The position numbers and the translations under genes were made by a program. Below, piece by piece: positions 10,689 through 20,030 of a stretch of 64,000 nucleotides of DNA; position 1 is the stretch's first letter; every line of letters starts with the position of its first letter. A model generated the notes under the pieces. The model was not told the DNA's origin. It did no database searches and was given only the letters and a program-made list of their open reading frames with translations. The DNA lies in NCBI GenBank assembly GCA_963750035.1, contig CAVVPE010000021.1:77789-141788 (forward strand), given 5' to 3'. This DNA is from an uncultured Acidobacteriota bacterium (lineage in GTDB: Bacteria; Acidobacteriota; Vicinamibacteria; Vicinamibacterales; CAVVIG01).

Positions 10689-10948
10689 GCGTTGGCGCGC
10701 TCTTCGATAAGAGCGGCGACCTGGGCCACCACCTGGCTGACGGTGCGGATGGCAGGCACGTCGTTGAGCGGGATCGATATGTCGAACATGTCCTCGAGTT
10801 CGGCGACCACTTCGAGCACCTGCAGCGAGTCGAACCCGAGATCGGCGACGAGGTCGCTCGACAGCGAGGGCTCGATCGGCCGGCGGCTCACGTTCTTGAG
10901 GACGTCGATGACACCTGATTCGATCCGGGAGGGGGCTGGGTCAGCCAT
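10685..10948 (-). CDS. Acyl carrier protein
   Basis: 87-aa ORF with the phosphopantetheine attachment motif LGFDSLQVLEVVAELE. It is the first gene of the three-gene coupled unit. Confidence 0.85.
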   Translation of the reverse strand: MADPAPSRIESGVIDVLKNVSRRPIEPSLSSDLVADLGFDSLQVLEVVAELEDMFDISIPLNDVPAIRTVSQVVAQVAALIEERANA

Positions 10949-11041
10949 CGATGAAGGGTGTCAAGGATAACCGAATCCGTAATCGGGCGGGCACACGGGT
11001 CAACGGCCGAGCCGGCGTTTGACGGTGTACACTCGGGTTCT

Positions 11042-12517
11042 ATGAAGCGACAGGCCCTAGCGGCTCTCGGCCTTCTGTTGCAGGCGTCCGTCGCGTTCGG
11101 CAGCGAGCTCAGCGACGACCTGTCGGCCCGGCGCGCGCGGATGATGGAGCGCCTCGGGACCGAGACGATGGCCGTCCTGTTCAGCGCCGCTGAGCGCAAC
11201 TACTCGCTCGATGTCGACTACGAGTACCGGCAGGACAGCAACCTCTATTACCTGACAGGGCTGCTCCAACCGGACTCGATTCTCGTGCTGATGCCGGGCA
11301 ACGCGTCGCGGCGCGAGATCCTGTTCGTGACCGAGCGGAATCCTGAACGGGAGCACTGGAACGGACGCCTGTTGTCGCGCGCCGAGGCGGCGGAGTTGAC
11401 CGGCGTGAAGACCGTAATGGGGCGCAACCAGTTCGAGCCGTTCATCGCGGCGATGCTCGGCCGGCGCGGATCGGGCGAGATCAGCGAGAAGGAAGCGGCG
11501 GCGTTTTTCGACGCGCTGGGTGCCGGCCGCGCGCGCGTCGGCCTCGCCCTGCAGGCCGGGGGGATCGCCGATCCGCTCAGTCCGCCGCAGGATTTCGCCC
11601 GGCGGATCCGCGAACGGTATGTCGGATTCCAGGCCATCGACGTCACATCGATGTTGACCGACCTTCGCCTGATCAAGACGCCGTACGAGCGGAAGGTCCT
11701 GATCAAGAGCCTGGAGATCTCGAGCGACGCCCAGATGGCGGGCATGCGCGCCGCCCGTCCGGGCGGATGGGAGTACGAAGTCGAGGCGGCGATCGAGGCG
11801 GTCCATCGATCGCGCGGCGCGGTGTCGTGGAGCTACCCCTCGATCGTCGCGAGCGGCCCGAACGCCACGATTCTTCACTACAGCGAGAACAACCGTCAGA
11901 TGCAAGCCGGCGAACTGCTGCTGGTCGATGCGGCGGCGAACTACGAATACATGTCCGGCGACATCACGCGGACCTATCCGATCGGCGGCGCATTCACGCA
12001 GAACCAGAAGGACATCTACGCCATCGTGCTGCAGGCGCAGGACGAGGCGATGAAGGTGGCGCGCGCCGGGACTCCGTTGAGCCAGGTGCACGACAAGACG
12101 GTGGAGGTCATCAAGGCCGGCCTGTTGAAGCTTGGCCTGATCACCGACGCCAGCGGCGATCAGTACCGCATGTGGTACACGCACGGCGCGAACCATTACA
12201 TCGGCATCGACGTCCACGACGTCGGCGAGCGGACTCGCCCCCTTCAGCCCGGCATGGCCTTCGTCATCGAGCCGGGCATCTACATCCGGCAGAGCGCCCT
12301 GGAGGCGCTGCCAATGACGGCTGACAACCGCGCGCTGGTCGACAAGATCCAGCCGGCGGTGAAGAAATACCTCGACATCGGCGTGCGCATCGAGGATGCC
12401 TTCCTCCTGGAGGAAGACGGCCTGCGCCGCCTGACCGCGTCGGTGCCGAGGACCATCGAGGAGGTCGAATCCTTCATGCGCAAACGCACCCCCGCGCCGA
12501 CGAGCGCCGCCCGATGA
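11042..12517 (+). CDS. Xaa-Pro aminopeptidase (M24B), secreted
   Basis: ORF 10958..12517. The likely start is the Met at 11042 (MKRQALAALGLLLQASVAFG signal). M24 metal-ligand context: HYIGIDVHDVG, VIEPGIY, IRIEDAF. Confidence 0.85.
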   Translation: MKRQALAALGLLLQASVAFGSELSDDLSARRARMMERLGTETMAVLFSAAERNYSLDVDYEYRQDSNLYYLTGLLQPDSILVLMPGNASRREILFVTERNPEREHWNGRLLSRAEAAELTGVKTVMGRNQFEPFIAAMLGRRGSGEISEKEAAAFFDALGAGRARVGLALQAGGIADPLSPPQDFARRIRERYVGFQAIDVTSMLTDLRLIKTPYERKVLIKSLEISSDAQMAGMRAARPGGWEYEVEAAIEAVHRSRGAVSWSYPSIVASGPNATILHYSENNRQMQAGELLLVDAAANYEYMSGDITRTYPIGGAFTQNQKDIYAIVLQAQDEAMKVARAGTPLSQVHDKTVEVIKAGLLKLGLITDASGDQYRMWYTHGANHYIGIDVHDVGERTRPLQPGMAFVIEPGIYIRQSALEALPMTADNRALVDKIQPAVKKYLDIGVRIEDAFLLEEDGLRRLTASVPRTIEEVESFMRKRTPAPTSAAR

Positions 12518-13390
12518 CGCCCGCGCGTCGCCGAAGCGTCGCTTTCATCGCCGCAGCGATCGCTGTCTATGCGGTCGCTCCGCTGCACGCGCAGAATCGC
12601 GATTTCATCTGGAGGGCGTCGCGCGGGCAGTCGGTCGTCTATCTGGTCGGGTCGGTGCACCTCCTGAGCAAGGACTACTACCCGCTCAGCCCGGCGCTCG
12701 ACAAGGCCTTCAAGGAATGCGACCTGCTCGTCGAGGAGCTGCACCTCGGCCAGATGGCGCAGGTCGAGTCGCAGATGACGATCCTGATGCGGGGGATGCT
12801 GCCCTCCGGGCAGACGCTCGACAAGGTCGTTTCGCCGGCTACCTTCAGGCTGGTCAGCGAGCGCGTGAAGTCGCTTGGCCTCCCGATCGAACCGCTGACG
12901 CGGTTCAAGCCGTGGGCGCTCGCCCTGACGCTTCTCGGGCTGGAGTGGCAGGCCGCCGGGTTCGACGCGGAGCTCGGCCTCGACAAGCACTTCTACGACG
13001 AGGCGGTGGCCGCCGGCAAGGAGGTGCAGGGGCTCGAAACCATCGAGTTCCAGATCTCGCGCTTCGACGACTTGTCGATGGAGGAGCAGGATCGGATGCT
13101 CTCGTCGACGCTGGCCGAGCTCGAGACCGAGAAGGCGTCAGTGACGACGCTCGCGAACGCCTGGAAGGCAGGCGACGCGCCGACCGTCGAGCGGATTGTC
13201 TTGCAGGAGCTTCGCAAGGAGCCGGCGATGTACCAGCGCCTGCTGGTCGACCGCAACAAGGACTGGCTGCCGAAGATCGAGGCGCTGTTCGCCCGCAAGG
13301 GCCGCACCTTCGTCGTGGTCGGCGCCGCTCACCTCGTCGGCTCCGACGGACTGCTCGCGATGCTCAAAGCCAAGGGATACAGGATATTAT
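12514..13390 (+). CDS. TraB/GumN family protein; natural stop missing, reads on into a repeat
   Basis: ATGA overlap with the aminopeptidase gene. Signal-like N-terminus, then VVYLVGSVHLL...VVVGAAHLVGSDGLLAMLKAKGYRI, which is typical of TraB/GumN. The listed 701-aa ORF continues in frame through the repeat at 13398-13484 into the next gene, so the true 3' end is uncertain. Confidence 0.7.
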
Positions 13391-13397
13391 TTGGTTA

Positions 13398-13484
13398 CCG
13401 TTCGTCATTCGGCGTTCGTCGTTCGTCGCCGACGTCATGCCGTTCAAACGACGAACGATGGCGAGCCGGCGAACGACGAACGGC
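13398..13484. repeat. Dispersed hairpin repeat family 1 (core CCGTTCGTCGTTCG / CGAACGACGAACGG), copy 1
   Basis: GCGTTCGTCGTTCGTCGCC (13412-13430) faces GGCGAACGACGAACGGC (13468-13484). Extra half-sites CCGTTCGTCATTCG and CCGTTCAAACGACGAACG are present. Confidence 0.85.
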
Positions 13485-13494
13485 AAAAGGCGCA

Positions 13495-13945
13495 ATGAAA
13501 CCTACACTGCTCGCTCTTCTCCTCCTTGCCATCGTCGCGATCGTGCCTGCGCAGCAGCGATCGATCGACGAGTTCTTCGCGGCGTTCACCGCCGAATGGC
13601 TGCGGCTGAATCCGAACCAGGCGGCGTCGACGCGGTTTTTCAGCGGCGAGGAACAGCGTCAGTTCGAGCGGCAGATGACGCCGTTGACGCCCGAGTGGCG
13701 GCGGCGGCGCGTGGCGCTGGCCGAGCGGAGCCTCCAGGAGCTCAACGCGCTCACCGGCCGCGGAGTCCCGCTTGAACCGAGCCGGTTCGTCTCGGCCGAA
13801 CTGATGCGCTGGCAGCTCGAGACAATCATCCACACCAATCTCGCTCCGCGAGTTCCACAACCTCGTGCTCGGCACCGGCAGCGTCCCCCTCGAGCTGCTC
13901 GAACGTCAGTTCGACGCGTCCATTCTGCGCAACGCGGGGCGCTAG
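13495..13945 (+). pseudogene. DUF885-family protein remnant (N-terminal about 115 aa joined to the last about 33 aa)
   Basis: MKPTLLALLLLAIVAIVPAQQRSIDEFFAAFTAEWLRLNPNQAASTRFFSGEEQRQFERQM... is a DUF885-like N-terminus. Near 13845 the frame changes and reads REFHNLVLGTGSVPLELLERQFDASILRNAGR*, a DUF885-like C-terminus. The several-hundred-residue middle of the family is absent. Confidence 0.6.
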
Positions 13946-14032
13946 GCGCGCTCCTCCCCGCCGACGTCCAGGTTCTGCTCCAGACAGCAAAGGCCCGGCT
14001 TGTCCGGCGCGTATCTGACCTAAACTCTTGGA

Positions 14033-15389
14033 GTGTCGGCCCTGAACGGCGTGTCGGTGCTGGTCGCGGGCGCGGGGCTCGCGGGGCTGGCGGCGGCGCG
14101 CGACCTGACTGCCCTCGGCGCTTCGGTCACCGTCGTCGAGGCGCGCGACCGCGTCGGCGGGCGCGTCTGGACCATCCGGGACGGATTCACGGAGGGCCAG
14201 CACGCAGAGGGCGGGGCCGATTTCATCGACGGTTCCCAGGAGGAAATCCAGAAGCTCGCTGCCGCGCTCGGGCTCGAGCTGACCCGGATTCTGCGCGGTG
14301 GATGGGGATTTGTCCGGCCAGACGGCCGCGGCCGGCCGCACATCGTGCGGCGCGGCGTCTCGCGCGGCTGGGACCGCCTGGCGAAACAGGTGTCCGCGTT
14401 CAGCGAACCGTACCGGCTCGCCGAGCGCCGCTGGGAATCGCCGATCGTCGCCGACATCGGACGGAAATCAGTCGCCGAGTGGTTACGCAGCATCAACGCC
14501 GACGACGAACTGCGCGAGACCGCGCTGGGCATGCGCGGCTTCTTCCTCGGCGATCCCGACGAGCTCTCGCTGCTCGCGCTCGTCGATCAGTTCGCCACGG
14601 ACGATGCGCCGGTGCCTGACAAGATGTACCGCATCAAGGGGGGCAACGACCGTCTCGCGACCGCGCTGTCGGCGACGCTCGGGCCGGCGGTGAAGCTGAA
14701 CACGGAGATCGTCGCGGTCTCGCAGCGCGGCCGGGCCGTGCGCGCCAGCCTCAAGAACGGCCGCCAGGTCGCGCAGCTGTCCTGTGAGTACCTGGTCTTC
14801 GCGCTGCCCGCCACCTGTACTCCGGCGCATTCCGATCACGCCGGCGCTGCCGCAGCAGCAGCACGATGCGTTCGTCAGGCTGAAATACGGACGCGCGACC
14901 AAGACGCTGCTGCAGTTCTCCCGCCGCTTCTGGCGGATTGCGGGCCGCCCGCGCGCATTTGGATCGCCGCTGCCGTTCGGCGCCGTGTGGGACGCCAACG
15001 AGGAGCAGCGCGGCAGCGCGGGCATCCTGAATTTCATGGCGGGCGGATCCGCGAGCGACGCGACGCGCGAGCTGTTCACGCGCGAAGGCCCCGAGGCGCT
15101 CGCGCGATCGCTGGACTGGCTCGGCGTCCGGCGGCCGGAGCTCGTCGCCGCGCGGCAGATCGCCTGGGACGACGACCCGTGGGCGCGCGGCGGCTACGCG
15201 TTCTTCGATCCCGCCTTCGACCCCGGGCTGCGATCGTGGCTGGCCCGTCCGGCCGGCCGCCTGTTCTTCGCCGGCGAGCACACGAGCAACAAGTGGCAGG
15301 GCTACATGAACGGCGCGATCGAGAGCGGACGGCGAGCCGCGGCCGAAGTCGCGGCGGTCCATGCGCTGATGCCGGGCGGAACCGCCTGA
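14033..15389 (+). CDS. FAD-dependent amine oxidase (flavin monoamine oxidase family), one frameshift
   Basis: Dinucleotide-binding motif VLVAGAGLAGLAAARDL...VTVVEARDRVGGR. The frame steps +1 near 14816 (ACC t GTA CTC restores LPATVLRRIPITPALP). The C-terminal FFAGEHTS...GYMNGAIESG lies in ORF 14784..15389. Confidence 0.8.
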
Positions 15390-15403
15390 GAGTCGGCTGC
15401 GGC

Positions 15404-15480
15404 GGGCCTAAGAGGCCCGCCCTACGCCTGCCTAAGAGGCCCGCCCTACGCGCTTGCCTAAGAGGCGCCCGCCCTACAAT
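15404..15480. repeat. 26-bp x3 tandem repeat, each unit with a GGGCC-TAAGA-GGCCC hairpin
   Basis: The unit GCCTAAGAGGCCCGCCCTACGC(nn) is repeated three times directly after the amine oxidase stop. Two further local duplications follow (AGTCCCGAGCA x2 and GAATCAAGAGG x2). Confidence 0.85.
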
Positions 15481-15574
15481 TTCCGCGACCCTCCACCGAG
15501 TCCCGAGCACCAGTCCCGAGCAGCGCGTAGAACTGAATCAAGAGGGTGTAGTGAATCAAGAGGTGAGGTGTAGT

Positions 15575-15592
15575 GCGGACCTTCAGGTCCGC
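15575..15592. repeat. GCGGACC-TTCA-GGTCCGC hairpin (hairpin family)
   Basis: Perfect 7-bp stem between the convergent amine oxidase and DUF892 genes. It is identical to the copy at 43505-43522. Confidence 0.8.
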
Positions 15593-15616
15593 TGACGGGA
15601 GGCCCGCGGGACGAGA

Positions 15617-16184
15617 TTAGCGCAGCTTGTCGCCGTGCGGCGGCGTTGCGGCGTGGAACCCCGGGCGCGCCTCGATCAGGGCGCCGGTCAGCTCCACTTC
15701 CGCCTGCGACTCGGCGATCTCGATGAGCCGGCGCGCCGCGCGCCCCTCCTCTTCGAGGGTCTCGTGCAGCAGCCGCGCTTCGTCAGGGCGGCTCAGCCGC
15801 CGGGCCAGCGTCCGAGCACAGCCGTAGGCCGCGATCTCGTAGTGCTCCAGTCGCTGGGCGAGCCCAATCACGACGGCGTCGCGCGCGTCGTCTGTCGCGC
15901 CTTCATTCAGGCGCTCGTCTGCTTCTTGAACAATTCCGGCTATCCCAGCCGATTGTCCTCGTCGCCGCCTGACCGCCCCAATGCGTGAAGATCAGCTGCA
16001 GGCGCTCGACGTGGAGGCGCGTCTCGTCGCAGTGCCGGGTCAGTGCGTCGCGCAATCTCATGCTCCGCGCCGCATCCCTTAAGCGGGGCAGCACGCGCAG
16101 CGCCTGCATCTCGGCGTCATACAGTGTTGCCAACTCGTCGAGGTAGACATCAGTCAGTGCGCCGCTGGCCATGGACGGACACAT
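15617..16184 (-). CDS. DUF892 / YciE-like ferritin-like protein, one frameshift
   Basis: ORF 15903..16184 (LTDVYLDELATLYDAEMQALRVLPRL...HVERLQLIF) joins ORF 15617..15871 (AQRLEHYEIAAYGCARTLA...ETLEEE). The frame change is near 15939, restoring GIVQEADERLNEGATDDARDAVVIGLAQRLEHYEI. Confidence 0.75.
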
Positions 16185-18078
16185 TTGAGCGACGGCTACG
16201 CAAGGTGTATGCCTCAGCCGACGGATGGGCTGGGATCAGAATCGCTGCCTCGAGCCGCGACACGAGCGTGTCGAGCTGCGCGACGACGGCCCGGACCGGT
16301 TCCGGCTTGCTGAGATCGACGCCGGCGCTCTGCAGCAGCGTCATCGGATGATCGCTGCCGCCCGACTTCGAGCAGCGTCAGGTAGCGCTCGAGCGCCGCC
16401 GCGCGCTCCGCCGGCTGAGCCGCCGGTCAGCTGATTCATCAGCTGCGCGCTCGAGGCGAAGCAGGTGGCGTACTGGTAGACGTAGTACGGCGTGCTGTAG
16501 AAATGCGGGATGCGCGCCCAGGTGATGCGCGACTGCTCGTCGTAGTCGAGCGCGTCGCCGTGATACGCCTGGAGCAGGCCGAAATAGATATCGCCGAGCA
16601 CCTCCGCCGTGACCGGCTTCCCTTCCTCGACCAGCCGGTGCGCCTGCAGCTCGTAGTCGGCAAACATCACCTGCGTGTAGAACGTCGCGACGATGCCGTC
16701 GATCGCGTGCTGGAGCAGGACGATCCGCTCGCGCTCGTCGGTCGTGCGCGCCAGCATGTACTCGAGGAACAGCGCCTCGCTCAGCGTCGACGGCACTTCG
16801 GCGACGAAGATCGTGTAGCCGGCATAGACGAACGGCTGGTGCGCGTGCGACAGCACCGTGTGCATCGAATGCCCCATCTCGTGCGCCAGCGTGAACACCG
16901 CGTCGAGCGTGTCGTTGTAGTTCAGCAGCATGTACGGCTGCACGCCGTAGACCGGCGCCGAATACGCGCCGCTGCGCTTGCCCGGGTTCTCGTAGACGTC
17001 GATGCACTGGCCGTCGAGCACCTCGCGCATCCGCCGCTGGTAGTCCGGCGCCGAGCGCGGCCACCGACGCCGGCAGCCACTCGAGCACGTCCTCGTACGG
17101 GATACTTCCGATCGAAGTCGACCAGCGGAATCGCGGTGTCGTACGAGTGGTAGGTGTCGAGCCCGAGCGCCCGCTTCCGCAGCCGGTGGTAGCGGCGCAG
17201 CGGCTCGGTGCCGGCCTTGGTCGTCGCGATCAGGTTCTCGACGACCGCGGTCGGGATGTTGTTGCCGTGCAGCGCCGCTTCGAGCGTCGACGCGTAGCCG
17301 CGCGCCTGCGAATAGAAGCAGGTCGCGCTGCAGCACGCCGTTGTAGAGCGACGCGTAGGTGTTGACGGTCGTTGTCGTAGATCTTGTGGAACGCGTGGAA
17401 CGCCGCGGCCCGATCGGCCTGGTTGCGGTTCGTCGCCAGGATCGCGCGGTACTGCCCGTAGGTGAGCGTGGCCTCGGCGCCCGTCGACAGGCGCACCGTC
17501 GGGTGCTTGACGTCGGCGGTCGACAGCGCCGCATAGGCGTCGTTCGGCGACGACGAGAACCGGCTCGACAGCGACAGCAGGTGCTCGCCCTTGTCGTCGA
17601 GCACGTGCTCCTGCTGGCGATAGAGATCCTCGATCGCGAAGCGATAGACCGCGAGCTCCGGGCTGGCCGCCATCCACTGCCTGGACCGTCGCTCAGCGGA
17701 ATCTTCAAGCAGCTCGGGATCGAACCAGGCGCGACGCCTGCGCCGCCTTGGCGAACAGGATCTGCACCTGCTGCCGCCGCGCGTTGATCTGGTTGTCGCG
17801 CTGGTCCTGGTCGTACCAGAGCGACGCGAAGTACCACACCTTGTATTCGAGCTGGCCGATCTCGTCGCGCAGCTGCAGCGCCGCCGAGCAGCCGCTCGGC
17901 GCCTTCGCCGAGCGTGCCCTGGAGCGCGGCGAAGGCGGCGATCTTCCGGTCGAGCTCGTCGTACGCGCGATTGCCACTCGTCCCAGTCGGCGAAGATGTT
18001 CGTCAGGTTCCACTTGAAGCGATCCGGGATGCTGTCGCGATCGCGCAGCGGCGGTGCGGCAGGGGCTTCGGTCGTCAT
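16150..18078 (-). pseudogene. pepF: Oligoendopeptidase F (M3B); reading frame broken at least 8 times (pseudogene or uncorrected assembly indels)
   Basis: Family-like segments are spread over all three minus frames: MTTEAPAAPPLRDRDSIPDRFKWNLTNIFADWDEW; NRAYDELDRKIAAFAALQGTLGEGAERLLGG; LQLRDEIGQLEYKVWYFASLWYDQDQRDNQINARRQQVQILFAKAAQA; WFDPELL...HKIYDNDR; NTYASLYNGVLQRD; CFYSQARGYASTLEAALHGNNIPT...DFDRKYP; VLEWLPASVAALG; PDYQRRMREVLDG...TLAHEMGHSMH (HExxH)...SAQLMNQLTG; HPMTLLQSAGVDLSKPEPVRAVVAQLDTLVSRLE. Junctions are near 17972, 17880, 17728, 17360, 17318, 17095, 17045, 16400 and 16350. Confidence 0.8.
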
Positions 18079-18194
18079 CAGTTGAGATCATACTGCACGG
18101 CCCAGTACGCGATGCGCGACCGCCCGCTCGGCGTGCCGGACCGCATCTTGCTGTCTCGAAACGGTGCGCACTTCGCGCGGACTGGGAGGCCATC

Positions 18195-18920
18195 GTGGAT
18201 CATCCGCTGCCATGGTTGAGGTATGTTGACGCCGACGACATTGACGACGACACGATCGATTTCGAGGGCATGGACGTCGAGAGTCCGACCGGCGAGCACC
18301 TCGGCGACGTCGAGGGGTTCATCGTCGATTCGCACTCGGCGCGGCCGTACTACGTCGTCGTGGATGCGGGCGGCTGGTTCAAGTCGAAGCATTTCCTCCT
18401 GCCGGTCGGCCACGCCCGCTTCGACGCGGATGCGGAAACGCTCGTCACTGACCTCGACCGCGATCGCGTCAACAGGTTTCCCGGCTTCGACAAGGACGAG
18501 TTCGACAAGCTGACGGAGGACGACCTGAGACGTATCAATGACGCCACCTGCGCGGCGTGCAGCATCGAAGGTGTCGCGATCGTCTACGCGGCCGACGAGC
18601 CGCTGGCGAAAGCCTGGGACCGCCCCGACTTCACGTACCCGGACTGGTGGCGTGCCAATCCGACGCAGCCCGAGCGGATGGGAGCCCGCGCGGTGACGGC
18701 GGGCGCCGAGACGCCGCGCGAGGCGCGGCAGACGCCGGGGACCGAAGAGGTCCGGGCGAAGGAGGACGACCCCAGCCCGCACTACGGCGGCCGGGCGCAG
18801 CCGGGCGATGTGATTGGCGTCGAAACCGGCGGCGAGCAGACCCACATCGGCGACACCGCCGACGACGAGAACGCCCGCCGCCGCGACGCGGAAGAAACGG
18901 ACGCCAAACGGCGCGCGCTA
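18195..18920 (+). CDS. PRC-barrel domain protein; 3' end uncertain (no in-frame stop until 19646)
   Basis: GTG at 18195 is preceded by GGGAGG at 18184-18189. VDHPLPWLRYVDADDIDDDTIDFEGMDVESPTGEHLGDVEGFIVDSHSARPYYVVVDAGGWFKSKHFLLPVGHARFD is a PRC-barrel pattern. The acidic/basic tail then runs antisense through the whole SPFH gene, so the stop is probably hidden by an indel near 18900. Confidence 0.6.
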
Positions 18921-19889
18921 GCGCACCGCTGGATCGATCGCGTTGAACGTCCCGGTCAGGGGCACGCCCATCGCCCCGGCCGGGATATACACCACCGTGT
19001 GGTTCGGCGAGTTCACCATCAGCTTCTGCGCCTCGATCGCCTCGTGCTGGATATACATCGCGCTCAGCTGGCCGCGGATGATTTCCATGGCGTTGGCGAT
19101 GCCCTGCGCCTGCACTTCCCGTTTCGTCCGCTCCTTGCGCTCGATCTCGATCTCGGTGTCCTTGCGCTGCAGCTCCTGCGTCGCCGCGAGCTTGCGCGAG
19201 ACCGCCGTCGCGACCTCGTCGGGATACTGGACGTTGCCGACGACCACACTGCCGATCACGAATGGGCTGCCGTTCGCGTAAGCCTGAATCCGCGACAAGA
19301 CGGCGTCGCCAATCGCGATCAGCTCGTCCTTCACTTCCAGCCCGTTTCGCCGTTGCACCTCGTCGCGGGCAAACGTCCGAAGCGGCTCGCGGATGAAATT
19401 GGCGTACGCCACCTTCACGATCGCATCTGGCTCTTTCTCGAGCTGCTGGTTCGAGACGGTGGTGCTGAAACGGTCCATGAACAGCGGGACCTGGTTCTCG
19501 TCAACGCGCCACACCGTGTGCACGCGAAACTGGATCTTCAAATTGTCCCGGCTCAGCACGGCGTCGTCGTGCGAGAAATCCTCCGAGTAGGTGTAGGGAG
19601 TGATGCTCACGTTCGTGACGGCGAGCAACCAGCCCCGTCCCGGTGAGGTCGGACCCCGCTGCGTCCCGACGAAACGTGACTGGGTCAAGACCGCACCCTT
19701 GGTCAAATAGCCGACGTACCCGGCCGGCGTGAACGGGTTCGACGACCCGACCAGCCAGACCAGCGCACCAAAAGCCAAACCGACAACGAGCACGAGCCCT
19801 GCGAGGGGTGCAATGCGAGACACGGCGGGCCTCCAATCGCCGGCGGGGTTAGCTGGCGGGCTCGAGGTTGGAAGTCCTCTATCAACCAA
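18918..19889 (-). CDS. SPFH/Band 7 (prohibitin/stomatin-like) membrane protein
   Basis: Intact 323-aa ORF with one N-terminal TM segment (LAGLVLVVGLAFGALVWLV). The SPFH core is followed by the coiled region ATQELQRKDTEIEIERKERTKREVQAQGIANAM. Confidence 0.75.
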   Translation of the reverse strand: MVDRGLPTSSPPANPAGDWRPAVSRIAPLAGLVLVVGLAFGALVWLVGSSNPFTPAGYVGYLTKGAVLTQSRFVGTQRGPTSPGRGWLLAVTNVSITPYTYSEDFSHDDAVLSRDNLKIQFRVHTVWRVDENQVPLFMDRFSTTVSNQQLEKEPDAIVKVAYANFIREPLRTFARDEVQRRNGLEVKDELIAIGDAVLSRIQAYANGSPFVIGSVVVGNVQYPDEVATAVSRKLAATQELQRKDTEIEIERKERTKREVQAQGIANAMEIIRGQLSAMYIQHEAIEAQKLMVNSPNHTVVYIPAGAMGVPLTGTFNAIDPAVR

Positions 19890-20030
19890 ATAGTCGACTG
19901 TGGACTGTTGACTGTCGACTGGTTGAATTCGCCCCTGGCGCGCGGAATTACGCGCCGCTGGGTCCCCCGCGACGCTGTCAGTCAGCGTCTTAGGCGTACG
20001 AAACCACGGTAGGCCTGCAGTGCGAAGTTG

